A DNA stretch of 61,466 nucleotides, filler included. It is 6 parts of 6 records of this genome, joined end to end, with 100 filler letters (N's around TTAATTAATTAA, not from the genome) between each part and the next. Parts side by side here need not be neighbours in the genome. Positions count along the whole stretch, not along the records: positions 28,237 to 36,603 come from DRR723986_27702; positions 36,704 to 50,163 come from DRR723986_27704; 4 more parts are not named here. The stretch is one strand, 5' to 3'. Position numbers and translations under genes: made by a program. Shown one piece after another: positions 30,769-39,223 of this stretch (position 1 is its first letter; the number at the start of each line of letters is the position of its first letter). The notes under the pieces are model-generated. The model did no database searches, was not told the DNA's origin, and saw only the letters and a program-made list of their open reading frames with translations.

Positions 30769-31455
30769 ATGCCAAATCAACCTCCCCGCTTTCCTGGCCT
30801 TCCCGGCTTTCCAAGCCTCCCGAAGCTGCCTTCCGTGGATGCAGTCATCGGCGAACTGGACAAAGCATTGAAAACTTTGGCCGCAACGCCTGTTGCACAA
30901 CGGCCCAACCCAGCCGGACAAACCTGGCAGGTAGAGCAACTCAGCGATTCAGACAAAGAACAGGTAATTGGCCTGATGCGTGTAAACCACGTGGGGGAAA
31001 TCTGCGCACAGGCGCTTTATCAGGCTCAGGCACTGGCCAGCAAGGACCCTGAAAAAAAGGCTTTGTTTGATCACGCTGCCAAAGAGGAAGCCGACCACCT
31101 GGCATGGACCCAAGAGCGCCTGGACCAACTGGGTGCGCGTCCCAGTCTGTTGAACCCATTTTGGTACGGTGGTGCATTTGCTTTGGGATTTGTCGCGGGC
31201 ACACTGGGCGACAAAGTGAGCCTCGGTTTCATGGCTGAGACCGAGAGGCAGGTTGAAAAGCACTTGAATGACCACCTGGGCAAACTGCCCGCGGGTGATC
31301 AGAAATCAAGGGCAATTCTGGAACAGATGCGCCAGGACGAGATTGAACATGGGCAAACTGCAATCGATCAAGGCGCTAACAATTTGCCGATGCCAGTGAA
31401 ACTGGCCATGACCGCAATGTCGAAGGTCATGACCACACTGGCACAAAAAATTTAA
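30769..31455 (+). CDS. coq7: Demethoxyubiquinone hydroxylase Coq7
   Basis: LMRVNHVGEICAQALY, EEADHL, ETERQVEKHL, DEIEH di-iron motifs. Confidence 0.95.
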   Translation: MPNQPPRFPGLPGFPSLPKLPSVDAVIGELDKALKTLAATPVAQRPNPAGQTWQVEQLSDSDKEQVIGLMRVNHVGEICAQALYQAQALASKDPEKKALFDHAAKEEADHLAWTQERLDQLGARPSLLNPFWYGGAFALGFVAGTLGDKVSLGFMAETERQVEKHLNDHLGKLPAGDQKSRAILEQMRQDEIEHGQTAIDQGANNLPMPVKLAMTAMSKVMTTLAQKI

Positions 31456-31874
31456 TCTTCGATAATTTCGTGCGTAAACACCAACTCAGCTGTTTTGCCA
31501 AGCATGGCGGACGCTGAGCAGTATTTCTCATGAGACAACTTGATTGCGCGGTCAACCAAATTGGGCTTTAGCCCCCGCCCGATCACCTGAAAATGAAAGT
31601 TGATCTTGGTGAAAACCTTCGGCGCCTCTTCGGCCCGCTCGGCGCTCATTTTCACCTTGCAATTGCGAATATCTTGACCGCTTTTGCGCAAAATCAACAC
31701 CACATCATAGGCAGTACAGGCACCGGTGCCTGCCAAAACCACTTCCATAGGGCGAGGGGCCAGGTTATTACCGCCACCGTCCGGGGCACCATCCATACAC
31801 AACATATGTCCACTGCCTGTCGTGGCTACAAATGACATGCCGGGTAACCCCGACCAGCTAACTTCGGCTTCCAT
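31452..31874 (-). CDS. OsmC family protein (YhfA-like)
   Basis: PRPMEVVLAGTGACTAYDV, SHEKYCSA. Confidence 0.92.
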   Translation of the reverse strand: MEAEVSWSGLPGMSFVATTGSGHMLCMDGAPDGGGNNLAPRPMEVVLAGTGACTAYDVVLILRKSGQDIRNCKVKMSAERAEEAPKVFTKINFHFQVIGRGLKPNLVDRAIKLSHEKYCSASAMLGKTAELVFTHEIIED

Positions 31875-32085
31875 AAAACTCCTTGTTTATGATTAATCAC
31901 TCATTATGCGTTGCACAATATTTGTTGAAAAGAAGTTGAAAAATTGCTCTATTTTAATAATTCCGCTTAACAAATAACCGGTCAGTCACTATTAATCTTT
32001 GCAAGATATTGTTTTTATTATATTTTTTTAAACCACTTTTGAATTGTGGAATAAGTTGCTTTTTTCGGACAACAAAAACATACTC

Positions 32086-32114
32086 TTGCGCCGCAACAGA
32101 AAACTCTCTAAAAT
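32086..32114 (+). promoter_or_regulatory. Sigma70-type promoter TTGCGC-17bp-TAAAAT for the sRNA candidate
   Basis: -35 at 32086-32091, -10 at 32109-32114, exact 17-nt spacer. Confidence 0.6.
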
Positions 32115-32120
32115 TCGAAT

Positions 32121-32245
32121 TGTAGTCACTTGAATGAACCACGTACCACGGGTCGCAGAGTTTCACTCAGGTGCAAGATTGTCTCCTCCACCCTCCTCCT
32201 TTGGTGGATTAAACCCAAGCACCTCACAGTGCTTGGGTTTTTTTT
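32121..32245 (+). ncRNA. Candidate anti-Shine-Dalgarno double-hairpin sRNA (resembles Betaproteobacteria toxic small RNA family)
   Basis: GTCTCCTCCACC-CTCCTCCTTT-GGTGGA hairpin with CUCCUCCU loop, then terminator AAACCCAAGCAC/GTGCTTGGGTTT plus T-run; own promoter; no ORF. Confidence 0.7.
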
Positions 32246-32300
32246 ATCCAACATCCAAAAAAGTTTAACCGAAAGCAAAAAACTTTGCTAAAATCGCGGG

Positions 32301-32378
32301 TTACCTGTTGGGAGAGCCCTTCGGCTGCAGACCGGCATATTAATTGCTGGCTGCATGTACAAGTAGGGAGACAGGTAA
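32301..32378 (+). promoter_or_regulatory. Structured rplM 5' leader (candidate L13 autoregulatory element)
   Basis: TTACCTGT/ACAGGTAA closing stem, CCCT/AGGG, and TGCAG.CCGGCA/TGCTGG.CTGCA inner stem; -10 TAAAAT at 32289-32294. Confidence 0.45.
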
Positions 32379-32408
32379 AAAGCACTTTTTTATCTTTAAG
32401 GAAAAATC

Positions 32409-32837
32409 ATGAAAACCTACTCAGCGAAACCCGGTGAGGTTAAACAAGAGTGGTTTGTGATCGACGGCACCGACAAGGTGTTGGGACGTGTAGCCAGTGA
32501 AGTTGCACGCCGCCTCCGTGGTAAGCACAAACCTGAATTCACACCGCACATCGACACAGGCGACTTCATTGTTGTTGTAAATGCCGGTAAATTGCGCGTT
32601 ACAGGCACCAAAGGCCTGAACAAGAAGTATTTCCGCCACTCTGGTTACCCAGGCGGTATTTACGAAACGAACTTTGACAAGATGCAGGAACGCTTCCCTG
32701 GCCGCGCGCTGGAGAAAGCTGTGAAAGGCATGTTGCCAAAAGGTCCTCTGGGCTACGCGATGATCAAGAAATTGAAGATCTACGCTGAGGCCGAGCACCC
32801 GCATTCCGCACAACAACCCAAGCCACTTGAAATCTGA
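32409..32837 (+). CDS. rplM: 50S ribosomal protein L13
   Basis: [40 protein letters not shown]. Confidence 0.99.
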   Translation: MKTYSAKPGEVKQEWFVIDGTDKVLGRVASEVARRLRGKHKPEFTPHIDTGDFIVVVNAGKLRVTGTKGLNKKYFRHSGYPGGIYETNFDKMQERFPGRALEKAVKGMLPKGPLGYAMIKKLKIYAEAEHPHSAQQPKPLEI

Positions 32838-32845
32838 GGTGAACC

Positions 32846-33238
32846 ATGATTGGTGAATACAATTACGGAACCGGTCGCCGCAAAAGCTCAGTGGCCCGTG
32901 TTTTTATCAAGAAAGGTACTGGCCAGTTCATCGTGAACGGCAAGCCTTTGACTGAATACTTCGCTCGTGAAACAGGCCAGATGGTTGCTCGTCAACCCTT
33001 GGTACTGACCGAGAACGTTGAAACTTTTGACATCAAGGTAAACGTGCGCGGCGGCGGCGAAACTGGCCAGGCTGGCGCAGTTCGCCACGGCCTGACACGT
33101 GCCCTGATTGACTTCGACGCCGAACTGAAGCCAACTCTGTCCAAAGCAGGTCTGGTTACTCGTGACGCTCGTGAAGTTGAACGTAAAAAAGTGGGTCTGC
33201 GTGGCGCGCGTCGTCGCAAGCAGTTCTCCAAGCGATAA
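32846..33238 (+). CDS. rpsI: 30S ribosomal protein S9
   Basis: [32 protein letters not shown]...QFSKR. Confidence 0.99.
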   Translation: MIGEYNYGTGRRKSSVARVFIKKGTGQFIVNGKPLTEYFARETGQMVARQPLVLTENVETFDIKVNVRGGGETGQAGAVRHGLTRALIDFDAELKPTLSKAGLVTRDAREVERKKVGLRGARRRKQFSKR

Positions 33239-33298
33239 ACCAGCACCAAGCTGTCATATCGTTTACACCCAGCAGCCCTCCCAGCTGGGTTACAATCG

Positions 33299-33326
33299 AA
33301 AGCCGCACAAATGTGCGGCTTTTTTT
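33299..33326 (+). terminator. Rho-independent terminator after rpsI
   Basis: AAAGCCGCAC-AAAT-GTGCGGCTTTTTTT. Confidence 0.8.
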
Positions 33327-33348
33327 CTTTTCAGCGCAAGGAACAATC

Positions 33349-34392
33349 ATGATCAAGGTAGGCATTGTTGGCGGAACCGGTTACACAGGCTCTGAACTTC
33401 TTCGCCTTTTGGCCCTGCACCCGCAGGCTGAACTGAAAGCCATCACCTCCCGCGGCGAGGTCGGACAGCCGGTCGCAGACATGTTTCCAGCACTGCGCAA
33501 ACGCGTGAACATTGCCTTCACAGAACCTACCTTTGAGTCTTTAAAGGATTGCGATGTGGTGTTCTTCGCCACGCCACATGGTGTGGCCATGGCCCAATCG
33601 GCTGAACTGGTGAATGCCGGCATTCGCGTCATCGATTTGGGAGCAGACTTTCGCCTGAAAGACACCGCCGAATTCGAGAAATGGTACGGCATGCCTCACT
33701 CCGAGCCAGACCTGCTGGGCCAAGCCTGCTACGGCTTGGTTGAATCGGCGCGTGCGGAAATCAAAAAAGCGAAACTCGTGGGCTTGGCGGGTTGCTACCC
33801 CACTGCCGTGCAGTTGGCTCTCAAGCCTCTGATCAGTGGGCCAACGCCTTTGATCGACGAAAACAGCATTGTCGCGGATTGCAAATCGGGCGTGTCCGGC
33901 GCAGGTCGCAAAGCAGCGGTGGGCTCTTTGTTCTCTGAGGCGGCTGAAAGTTTTAAAGCGTACGGTGTGAGTGGACACCGCCACTTGCCAGAAATTGAGC
34001 AAGGCCTTGAATTGATTTCGGGCCGAAAAACCCAAATTACCTTCACGCCACATTTGGTGCCTATGGTGCGTGGTATTTTGGCCACCACCTATGTGAGATT
34101 AAACGATCTGGGCAAAAGCACTGATATTCAATCTTTGTATGAACAGCACTATGCCAGCGAATACTTTGTGGATGTGATGCCCAAAGGCTCACTGCCTGAG
34201 ACCAAATCCGTGCGCGGCTCCAATTTTGTGCGCATCGCACTGCACCGCCCACAAGGTCGCGACACGCTGGTGATCGTCTCGGTGATCGACAACCTGGTGA
34301 AGGGTGCGGCTGGACAGGCTGTTCAGGCCATGAATGTGATGTTCGATTTGCCAGAGCATATTGGGCTGGAGCAACTGCCACTGGCACCCTAA
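33349..34392 (+). CDS. argC: N-acetyl-gamma-glutamyl-phosphate reductase
   Basis: [44 protein letters not shown]; start at MIKVG. Confidence 0.97.
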   Translation: MIKVGIVGGTGYTGSELLRLLALHPQAELKAITSRGEVGQPVADMFPALRKRVNIAFTEPTFESLKDCDVVFFATPHGVAMAQSAELVNAGIRVIDLGADFRLKDTAEFEKWYGMPHSEPDLLGQACYGLVESARAEIKKAKLVGLAGCYPTAVQLALKPLISGPTPLIDENSIVADCKSGVSGAGRKAAVGSLFSEAAESFKAYGVSGHRHLPEIEQGLELISGRKTQITFTPHLVPMVRGILATTYVRLNDLGKSTDIQSLYEQHYASEYFVDVMPKGSLPETKSVRGSNFVRIALHRPQGRDTLVIVSVIDNLVKGAAGQAVQAMNVMFDLPEHIGLEQLPLAP

Positions 34393-34409
34393 TGTAAGGA
34401 TTTCCCGGT

Positions 34410-35126
34410 TTGAACCCCAAGAAAACCCATCATTCACGTCGAACCCTGTTACCAGGAGTGCAACGTTCATCCCGGTTTGCGTTCGCTTATGGCCTGCTGC
34501 TTGGCCTGTCCGTTCTTGGGGTCTGTGCGGCTTACGCAATGTGGGGTCCGGCAGACAACGCCATTCAAAAACTTTTCTCAACCCAGGAAATTGAGGTGCT
34601 CAATGAGCAACTGACTGAACTTCAAACGAAGACAGCAGAACTTCAAGACGAAATATCCCGTACCAATGAATTGGTAAAACTGGACAAAGAGGCCCGCAGC
34701 AAACTCAACCTCCTAATTACGAATCTTGAATCTGAGAATGCAAAATTGAAAGAGGATTTGGCGTTTTTTGAAGGATTCATACCTGGAAGCCTTCAGGGCG
34801 CCATTTCACTCAAGCGGCTTCAAGTGAACAAAGACACGGTTCCGGATCAATACCGTTATAAAGCACTAGTGATCCAGGGTAGCCAGCGCCCCGAGGTGAC
34901 ATTGAATGTACAGGTGTTGATTAAAGTGTTGAACAAAGGGGAATCCAGTGTCATAGTTTTACCGAACGCTGAATCTTCCGAAGACCCCCAGTTCAAAATC
35001 AAACTGACTCGTTTTTCAAGGGTATCGGGCATGTTTTCCCTTCCCGAGGGCAGCAGATTGCAAAGCGTTGAAATGAGAATTCTGGAAGCAGGCGCTATTC
35101 GCGCGCAGTCCACCATCAAACTTTGA
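34410..35126 (+). CDS. Membrane-anchored coiled-coil protein (DUF6776-like)
   Basis: N-terminal TM, coiled coil ending LKEDLAFFE, beta domain; typical argC-X-bactofilin-erpA position. Confidence 0.7.
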   Translation: MNPKKTHHSRRTLLPGVQRSSRFAFAYGLLLGLSVLGVCAAYAMWGPADNAIQKLFSTQEIEVLNEQLTELQTKTAELQDEISRTNELVKLDKEARSKLNLLITNLESENAKLKEDLAFFEGFIPGSLQGAISLKRLQVNKDTVPDQYRYKALVIQGSQRPEVTLNVQVLIKVLNKGESSVIVLPNAESSEDPQFKIKLTRFSRVSGMFSLPEGSRLQSVEMRILEAGAIRAQSTIKL

Positions 35127-35141
35127 AGGGGTTTTAAAAGC

Positions 35142-35543
35142 ATGTTCTCGAAAAAAAATACAAAGCGGCTGCTGCCAATCCAAAGCCTGGTGGGCGCAGA
35201 CATGATTCTTAGAGGCGATTTGCGCTTCAAAGGCGGCCTGCGCATTGATGGCGAAGTGGACGGCAATGTGATTGCAGACGAAAGCGCACAGTCACTGCTG
35301 GTGATTTCCGAAACCGGCAAGGTACGAGGCAGCGTGCGCGTTGGGCATGTCGTAGTCAGTGGCCTGATCGAAGGTCCGATCGAAGCCAATCAGCTTCTGG
35401 AGCTACACCCTTCCGCAAATGTCTCGGGTGACGTAAGATATAGGGCATTGGAGATGCATCCAGGTGCGGTCGTAGACGGTACCTTGCACCATGAGAGCGA
35501 AGAAGTGATGCCAGGTAAGCTGGCCTTGGCTTCAAGCAAGTAA
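35142..35543 (+). CDS. Bactofilin (polymer-forming cytoskeletal protein)
   Basis: [19 protein letters not shown]...G.V.G...GDVRY...GAVVDG beta-helix. Confidence 0.92.
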   Translation: MFSKKNTKRLLPIQSLVGADMILRGDLRFKGGLRIDGEVDGNVIADESAQSLLVISETGKVRGSVRVGHVVVSGLIEGPIEANQLLELHPSANVSGDVRYRALEMHPGAVVDGTLHHESEEVMPGKLALASSK

Positions 35544-35566
35544 TTCCAGCAAAAAGGCAGGACAAG

Positions 35567-35917
35567 ATGGACGTAACTACAGAACAACCCAGCGTATTGG
35601 TTTTCACTGACTCAGCCGCGGCCAAAGTGCGCGACCTGATCAATGAAGAAGGCAACCCCAACCTGAAACTGCGCGTATTCGTGCAAGGTGGTGGCTGTTC
35701 CGGTTTCCAGTACGGTTTTACTTTCGATGAAGACGTGAATGAAGACGACACGGCCTTGGACAAAGGCGGCGTAACTTTGTTGATCGACTCCATGAGCTAC
35801 CAGTACCTGACTGGTGCCGAAATTGATTACAAAGAAGACATTAACGGCGCGCAGTTCGTGATCAAGAACCCAAATGCGACCACTACATGCGGTTGCGGCT
35901 CCTCGTTCTCTGTTTAA
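35567..35917 (+). CDS. erpA: Iron-sulfur cluster insertion protein ErpA
   Basis: [25 protein letters not shown]. Confidence 0.97.
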   Translation: MDVTTEQPSVLVFTDSAAAKVRDLINEEGNPNLKLRVFVQGGGCSGFQYGFTFDEDVNEDDTALDKGGVTLLIDSMSYQYLTGAEIDYKEDINGAQFVIKNPNATTTCGCGSSFSV

Positions 35918-35938
35918 AACAGTTACGACATCAACAAT

Positions 35939-35962
35939 AACCCACCCTCGGGTGGGTTTTTT
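35939..35962 (+). terminator. Rho-independent terminator after erpA
   Basis: AACCCACC-CTCG-GGTGGGTT followed by T-run. Confidence 0.8.
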
Positions 35963-35996
35963 ATTGGCTCAATGACAAAACACCACACGCAAACAA

Positions 35997-36603
35997 TTGT
36001 CCCCACTACTTCTTTTCCCTGATTTCGCAATCATCGCCCTGGGCTACCTGCTGCGCCGTTTCTGGATGGCACCCTCGGCCTGGGTCACGATAGAGAAGCT
36101 GGTTTATTTTGTGTTGTTTCCTTGCCTGTTGTTCTTCTCGGTGGCAACAAGCAATTTTGACGTGAACACAGTTGGGGCTTTTGCTCTGGGTGGGCCTGTA
36201 GTCATATTCACGGCATTTTTGCTGGGCTGGTCAGGATTGCTCTTCAGCAATATGGGGCGCGTGGACTTTGCATCAGGCCTGCAAACGGCGTACCGGTTTA
36301 ACTCCTACATTGGTCTGGCTTTGGCCAGTCGCTTGGGTGGTCAATCGGCGGTGGCCAATATTGCGATTTTGCTGGCGCTGGGTGTGCCACTGTGTAATGT
36401 ATTGGCCGTGAGCACCATGAGCAAAGGCGGTCGTTTGAGCGCGTTTGTGGATATTCTTAGAAATCCGCTGATTATTGGGACCTGCCTTGGGATTGCAGCG
36501 AAATTGATGGGCGTGCAGGTGCCTGAACCCGTCATGCTGACTCTAGAGCGATTGGCACAAGCAGCGGTGTCGCTGGGCCTGCTGGCGGTAGGGGCGGGCT
36601 TGG
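35997..36603 (+). CDS. AEC (auxin efflux carrier) family transporter, partial
   Basis: EKLVYFVLFPCLLF, RFNSYIGLA, RNPLII; runs into the linker. Confidence 0.85.
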
Positions 36604-36703
36604 NNNNNNNNNNNNNNNNNNNNNNNNNNNNNNNNNNNNNNNNNNNNTTAATTAATTAANNNNNNNNNNNNNNNNNNNNNNNNNNNNNNNNNNNNNNNNN
36701 NNN
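36604..36703. other. Artificial contig linker
   Basis: N-run with TTAATTAATTAA. Confidence 0.98.
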
Positions 36704-36847
36704 CCGCCAAGCGCGAGCTTGCGGTTTCCCTCCACAACACACTCAAGCCCAGAGGGCGACACATAGCCACGCATCAACAAGTTATCAATCACAAGTGATG
36801 TGTCGGCCTCCGGCCTCTCTTCCTTTTGCCCTTGAGAACCGATGGCT
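36704..36847. repeat. REP/MITE-like element, left copy (inverted relative to 49951-50159)
   Basis: Reverse complement aligns with 49951-50159, e.g. AGGCCGGAGGCCGACACATCAC(T/C)TGTGATTGATAACTTGTTGATGCG and GGAAACCGCAAGCT(C/T)GCGCTTGGCGG. Confidence 0.9.
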
Positions 36848-36930
36848 ACGCCGGCGTCAGCCACCAGCAGGGGTTCTGCCGGGCTCCGCCTCACATCCCC
36901 CGACAACCTGATCCGCTCGACAGATGCAGC

Positions 36931-37899
36931 CTACCGGAGCGCTGACGGCTTGAACACTTTTCGGCCAAGAGTTGGGTTGAACGCCGTCCAATCACTATCG
37001 GAATTCCGATCCGAATCCACCAACTCAGTGGCTGCATTCACCTTTGCATCCAGATCATCGATATAGGCCAGCACAATTGCCTCGATCGTCATCGGCACCT
37101 TGGGACTACCATGATCCAGTTGACCATGATGGCTGACGATCATGTGCTGTAGCCGCAGAACGACGTCTTCCAAGACCTCAGCACCGCTTGCCCGCAATGC
37201 GTCGGCGCGTCTGGCAAGGTCAACAGCCCCCTGCACCAAGTGCCCAAGCATCTGCCCGGGATCTGTGTACGCCATCTCCGACGTATAACTTAGTTCATCC
37301 AGTTTGCCGATGTCGTGCAGGAACACACCCACGACCAGCAAGTCGCGATCAAGCTGCGGGTAGCACGGTGCAATTGAATCGGCAATGTTCAGCAAGTCGA
37401 CAATGTGCTTGAGCAGGCCACCCTCGTAGGCATGGTGCGCCTTGATACCCGCCGGTGCAACTCGTAGTTTCGCCACGAGTTCCGCATCGTCGAGGTATGA
37501 AGCCACCAAATTCTTCAAGCTCTGTGACTTCACACTTTCCAGCACGGCCCGAAGCTTCTCAAGCTGCTCGTCAATTTGCCCTGGCGCAGTCCGAGAATAG
37601 TCCGAAAGATCGATGTCTGACGGATCGACTACTTCGAAATCTTGCAGAATCATCTGCAGCATGCCGTTGTGCAGTTGAGTCGTACCAACGACTCGAAGGT
37701 AGTCGCCTTTTTGAAATGTCTCATACAACGACTGCCCTGCGTTCCAACGCAGTCCGCTAATCTGCCCCGTCCGATCCATCAACTGCAACAGCAGATAGTC
37801 GTTCCCCTGTCGGTTGGCCCGGATCTGCTTGTCCGCAACGCGATACACTTCATCAACGTTGTCACGCGGCTGCAATTGTTCGACGAATTGTCGTGGCAT
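36931..37899 (-). CDS. 3'-5' exoribonuclease YhaM/Cbf1 family (OB-fold + HD domain)
   Basis: L.DRTGQI OB-fold, APAG..AHHAYEGGLLKH, LHDIGK, SHHG, DDLDAK; start MPRQF. Confidence 0.9.
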   Translation of the reverse strand: MPRQFVEQLQPRDNVDEVYRVADKQIRANRQGNDYLLLQLMDRTGQISGLRWNAGQSLYETFQKGDYLRVVGTTQLHNGMLQMILQDFEVVDPSDIDLSDYSRTAPGQIDEQLEKLRAVLESVKSQSLKNLVASYLDDAELVAKLRVAPAGIKAHHAYEGGLLKHIVDLLNIADSIAPCYPQLDRDLLVVGVFLHDIGKLDELSYTSEMAYTDPGQMLGHLVQGAVDLARRADALRASGAEVLEDVVLRLQHMIVSHHGQLDHGSPKVPMTIEAIVLAYIDDLDAKVNAATELVDSDRNSDSDWTAFNPTLGRKVFKPSALR

Positions 37900-38040
37900 C
37901 AGTCTATTTTCCTCGAAGCTCTTAATTTGGAAGGCAGATTCTACTCCAATCCTTGCTTTCCGATTAGCCCCGAATCTGACCCTATGCCGCAACCCAACAG
38001 AACCGCAACCGAGAATCGAACTCCTGTGGCAAGAACGGTC

Positions 38041-38688
38041 TCAGGCGCCGAAGGCTGACACAATCAAACCGATAACGCCTAACCCGATCACGAACAGCAA
38101 CAGCCCTAGGAAGATCCATACGATGATCGACGTCTTGTACTTGATGTGCGGTGTTTGCTGAACAACACTCGCATACTCCGGAGACAAGATATAGGCCCCC
38201 TTTGCCGAGACGACCAAATAGAGAAAGTAGCCACTGATGATGGTTCCAACTGGAATAGCAAGCAAGCCAATGGAGCTCAGCACAATCGCTGGAATACGCA
38301 CAACGGGCTTTAGCTTCCGAAGCCCAAGTCCTAGCCAAAATTGAAACACACCAAAGCCGGCTATAAGCAGCCCAAGCACCAGAATGATGCCTGCACCAAC
38401 CAGTACCTCTACACCCCCTGAACCCTGGGCTGGGCCAGCAGATCGCGCTACCGAAACCAACCCTGCAACTGCCACGAAGCAGTAGACTATGCCCCCCAAG
38501 ACGCCAAAGAACCCGCCTAAGACATAGAGGCTACCCATTCCCTTAATGGAAGCTTCGTGTGACAGGTGATCTCTACGAATTCGCTCGACATCACCAGCTA
38601 CCGACTCCGCAGCACCAACTTGCGCAGGGGCAGAATAGGGATTAGCTGAATCTGGTGACACGGAAAATGGATTCGGATCTTGCGACAT
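38041..38688 (-). CDS. Hypothetical membrane protein
   Basis: N-terminal NPF/NPY motifs typical of planctomycete membrane proteins; ~4 TM helices. Confidence 0.8.
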   Translation of the reverse strand: MSQDPNPFSVSPDSANPYSAPAQVGAAESVAGDVERIRRDHLSHEASIKGMGSLYVLGGFFGVLGGIVYCFVAVAGLVSVARSAGPAQGSGGVEVLVGAGIILVLGLLIAGFGVFQFWLGLGLRKLKPVVRIPAIVLSSIGLLAIPVGTIISGYFLYLVVSAKGAYILSPEYASVVQQTPHIKYKTSIIVWIFLGLLLFVIGLGVIGLIVSAFGA

Positions 38689-38910
38689 TTGCGAAACTCA
38701 CTGGCTGACGACTCGAAGTTGTTTCCCCAATAGCATATCGCCTCGCCCTCAACCTTGCGACACACTTTGTAGCACGATAGTTTCCACCGTGAACGCCAGA
38801 CTCGACCTGGATTTCTCTGTGCCTCTGCGCCTCCGTGAGAGCCCCTTTCCCCTGATTCCACCAGCTCAACCTACACAAGGGAAACCTGATTGACGCATGC
38901 CCGGAAGAAA

Positions 38911-38942
38911 GTTGCAGGCAAGCTGCCTGCACTACGGCAAGA
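38911..38942 (-). repeat. GTAG-type REP copy 1
   Basis: Minus strand GTAG-TGCAGGCA-GCT-TGCCTGCA; near-identical copy at 39148-39179. Confidence 0.8.
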
Positions 38943-39147
38943 ACCCCGGTGGTATTGCCGCCAAATTTTCCGGCGACGCGTGATGCGGTTGAGGTGGCAG
39001 AAAGTTACATCAGTGTCGCGTGCTTCTGGAGCGACACGCGCTCGTTTGGGATAGCGCTTGTTACTGCAGGGATATCAAGCGTGCAACGGAGCGTCTTACG
39101 GACAGCCGAATAGTGCAACGATGCGTTAGTCGGGAACATCGATGGAG

Positions 39148-39179
39148 GTTGCAGGCAGGCTGCCTGCACTACGGTAAGA
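39148..39179 (-). repeat. GTAG-type REP copy 2
   Basis: Minus strand GTAG-TGCAGGCA-GCC-TGCCTGCA; direct repeat of 38911-38942. Confidence 0.8.
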
Positions 39180-39223
39180 GCCAACGCGATGCAGGTGACA
39201 AGATGTTTGGGAGGTGGTGACGA

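Noticed and set aside
33349..35917. argC-DUF6776-bactofilin-erpA as a novel system
   Set aside because: Widely conserved proteobacterial arrangement
38911..39179. Two 32-bp palindromic direct repeats as a mini-CRISPR
   Set aside because: Only two copies, ~205-bp spacer, no cas genes; GTAG-REP layout fits better
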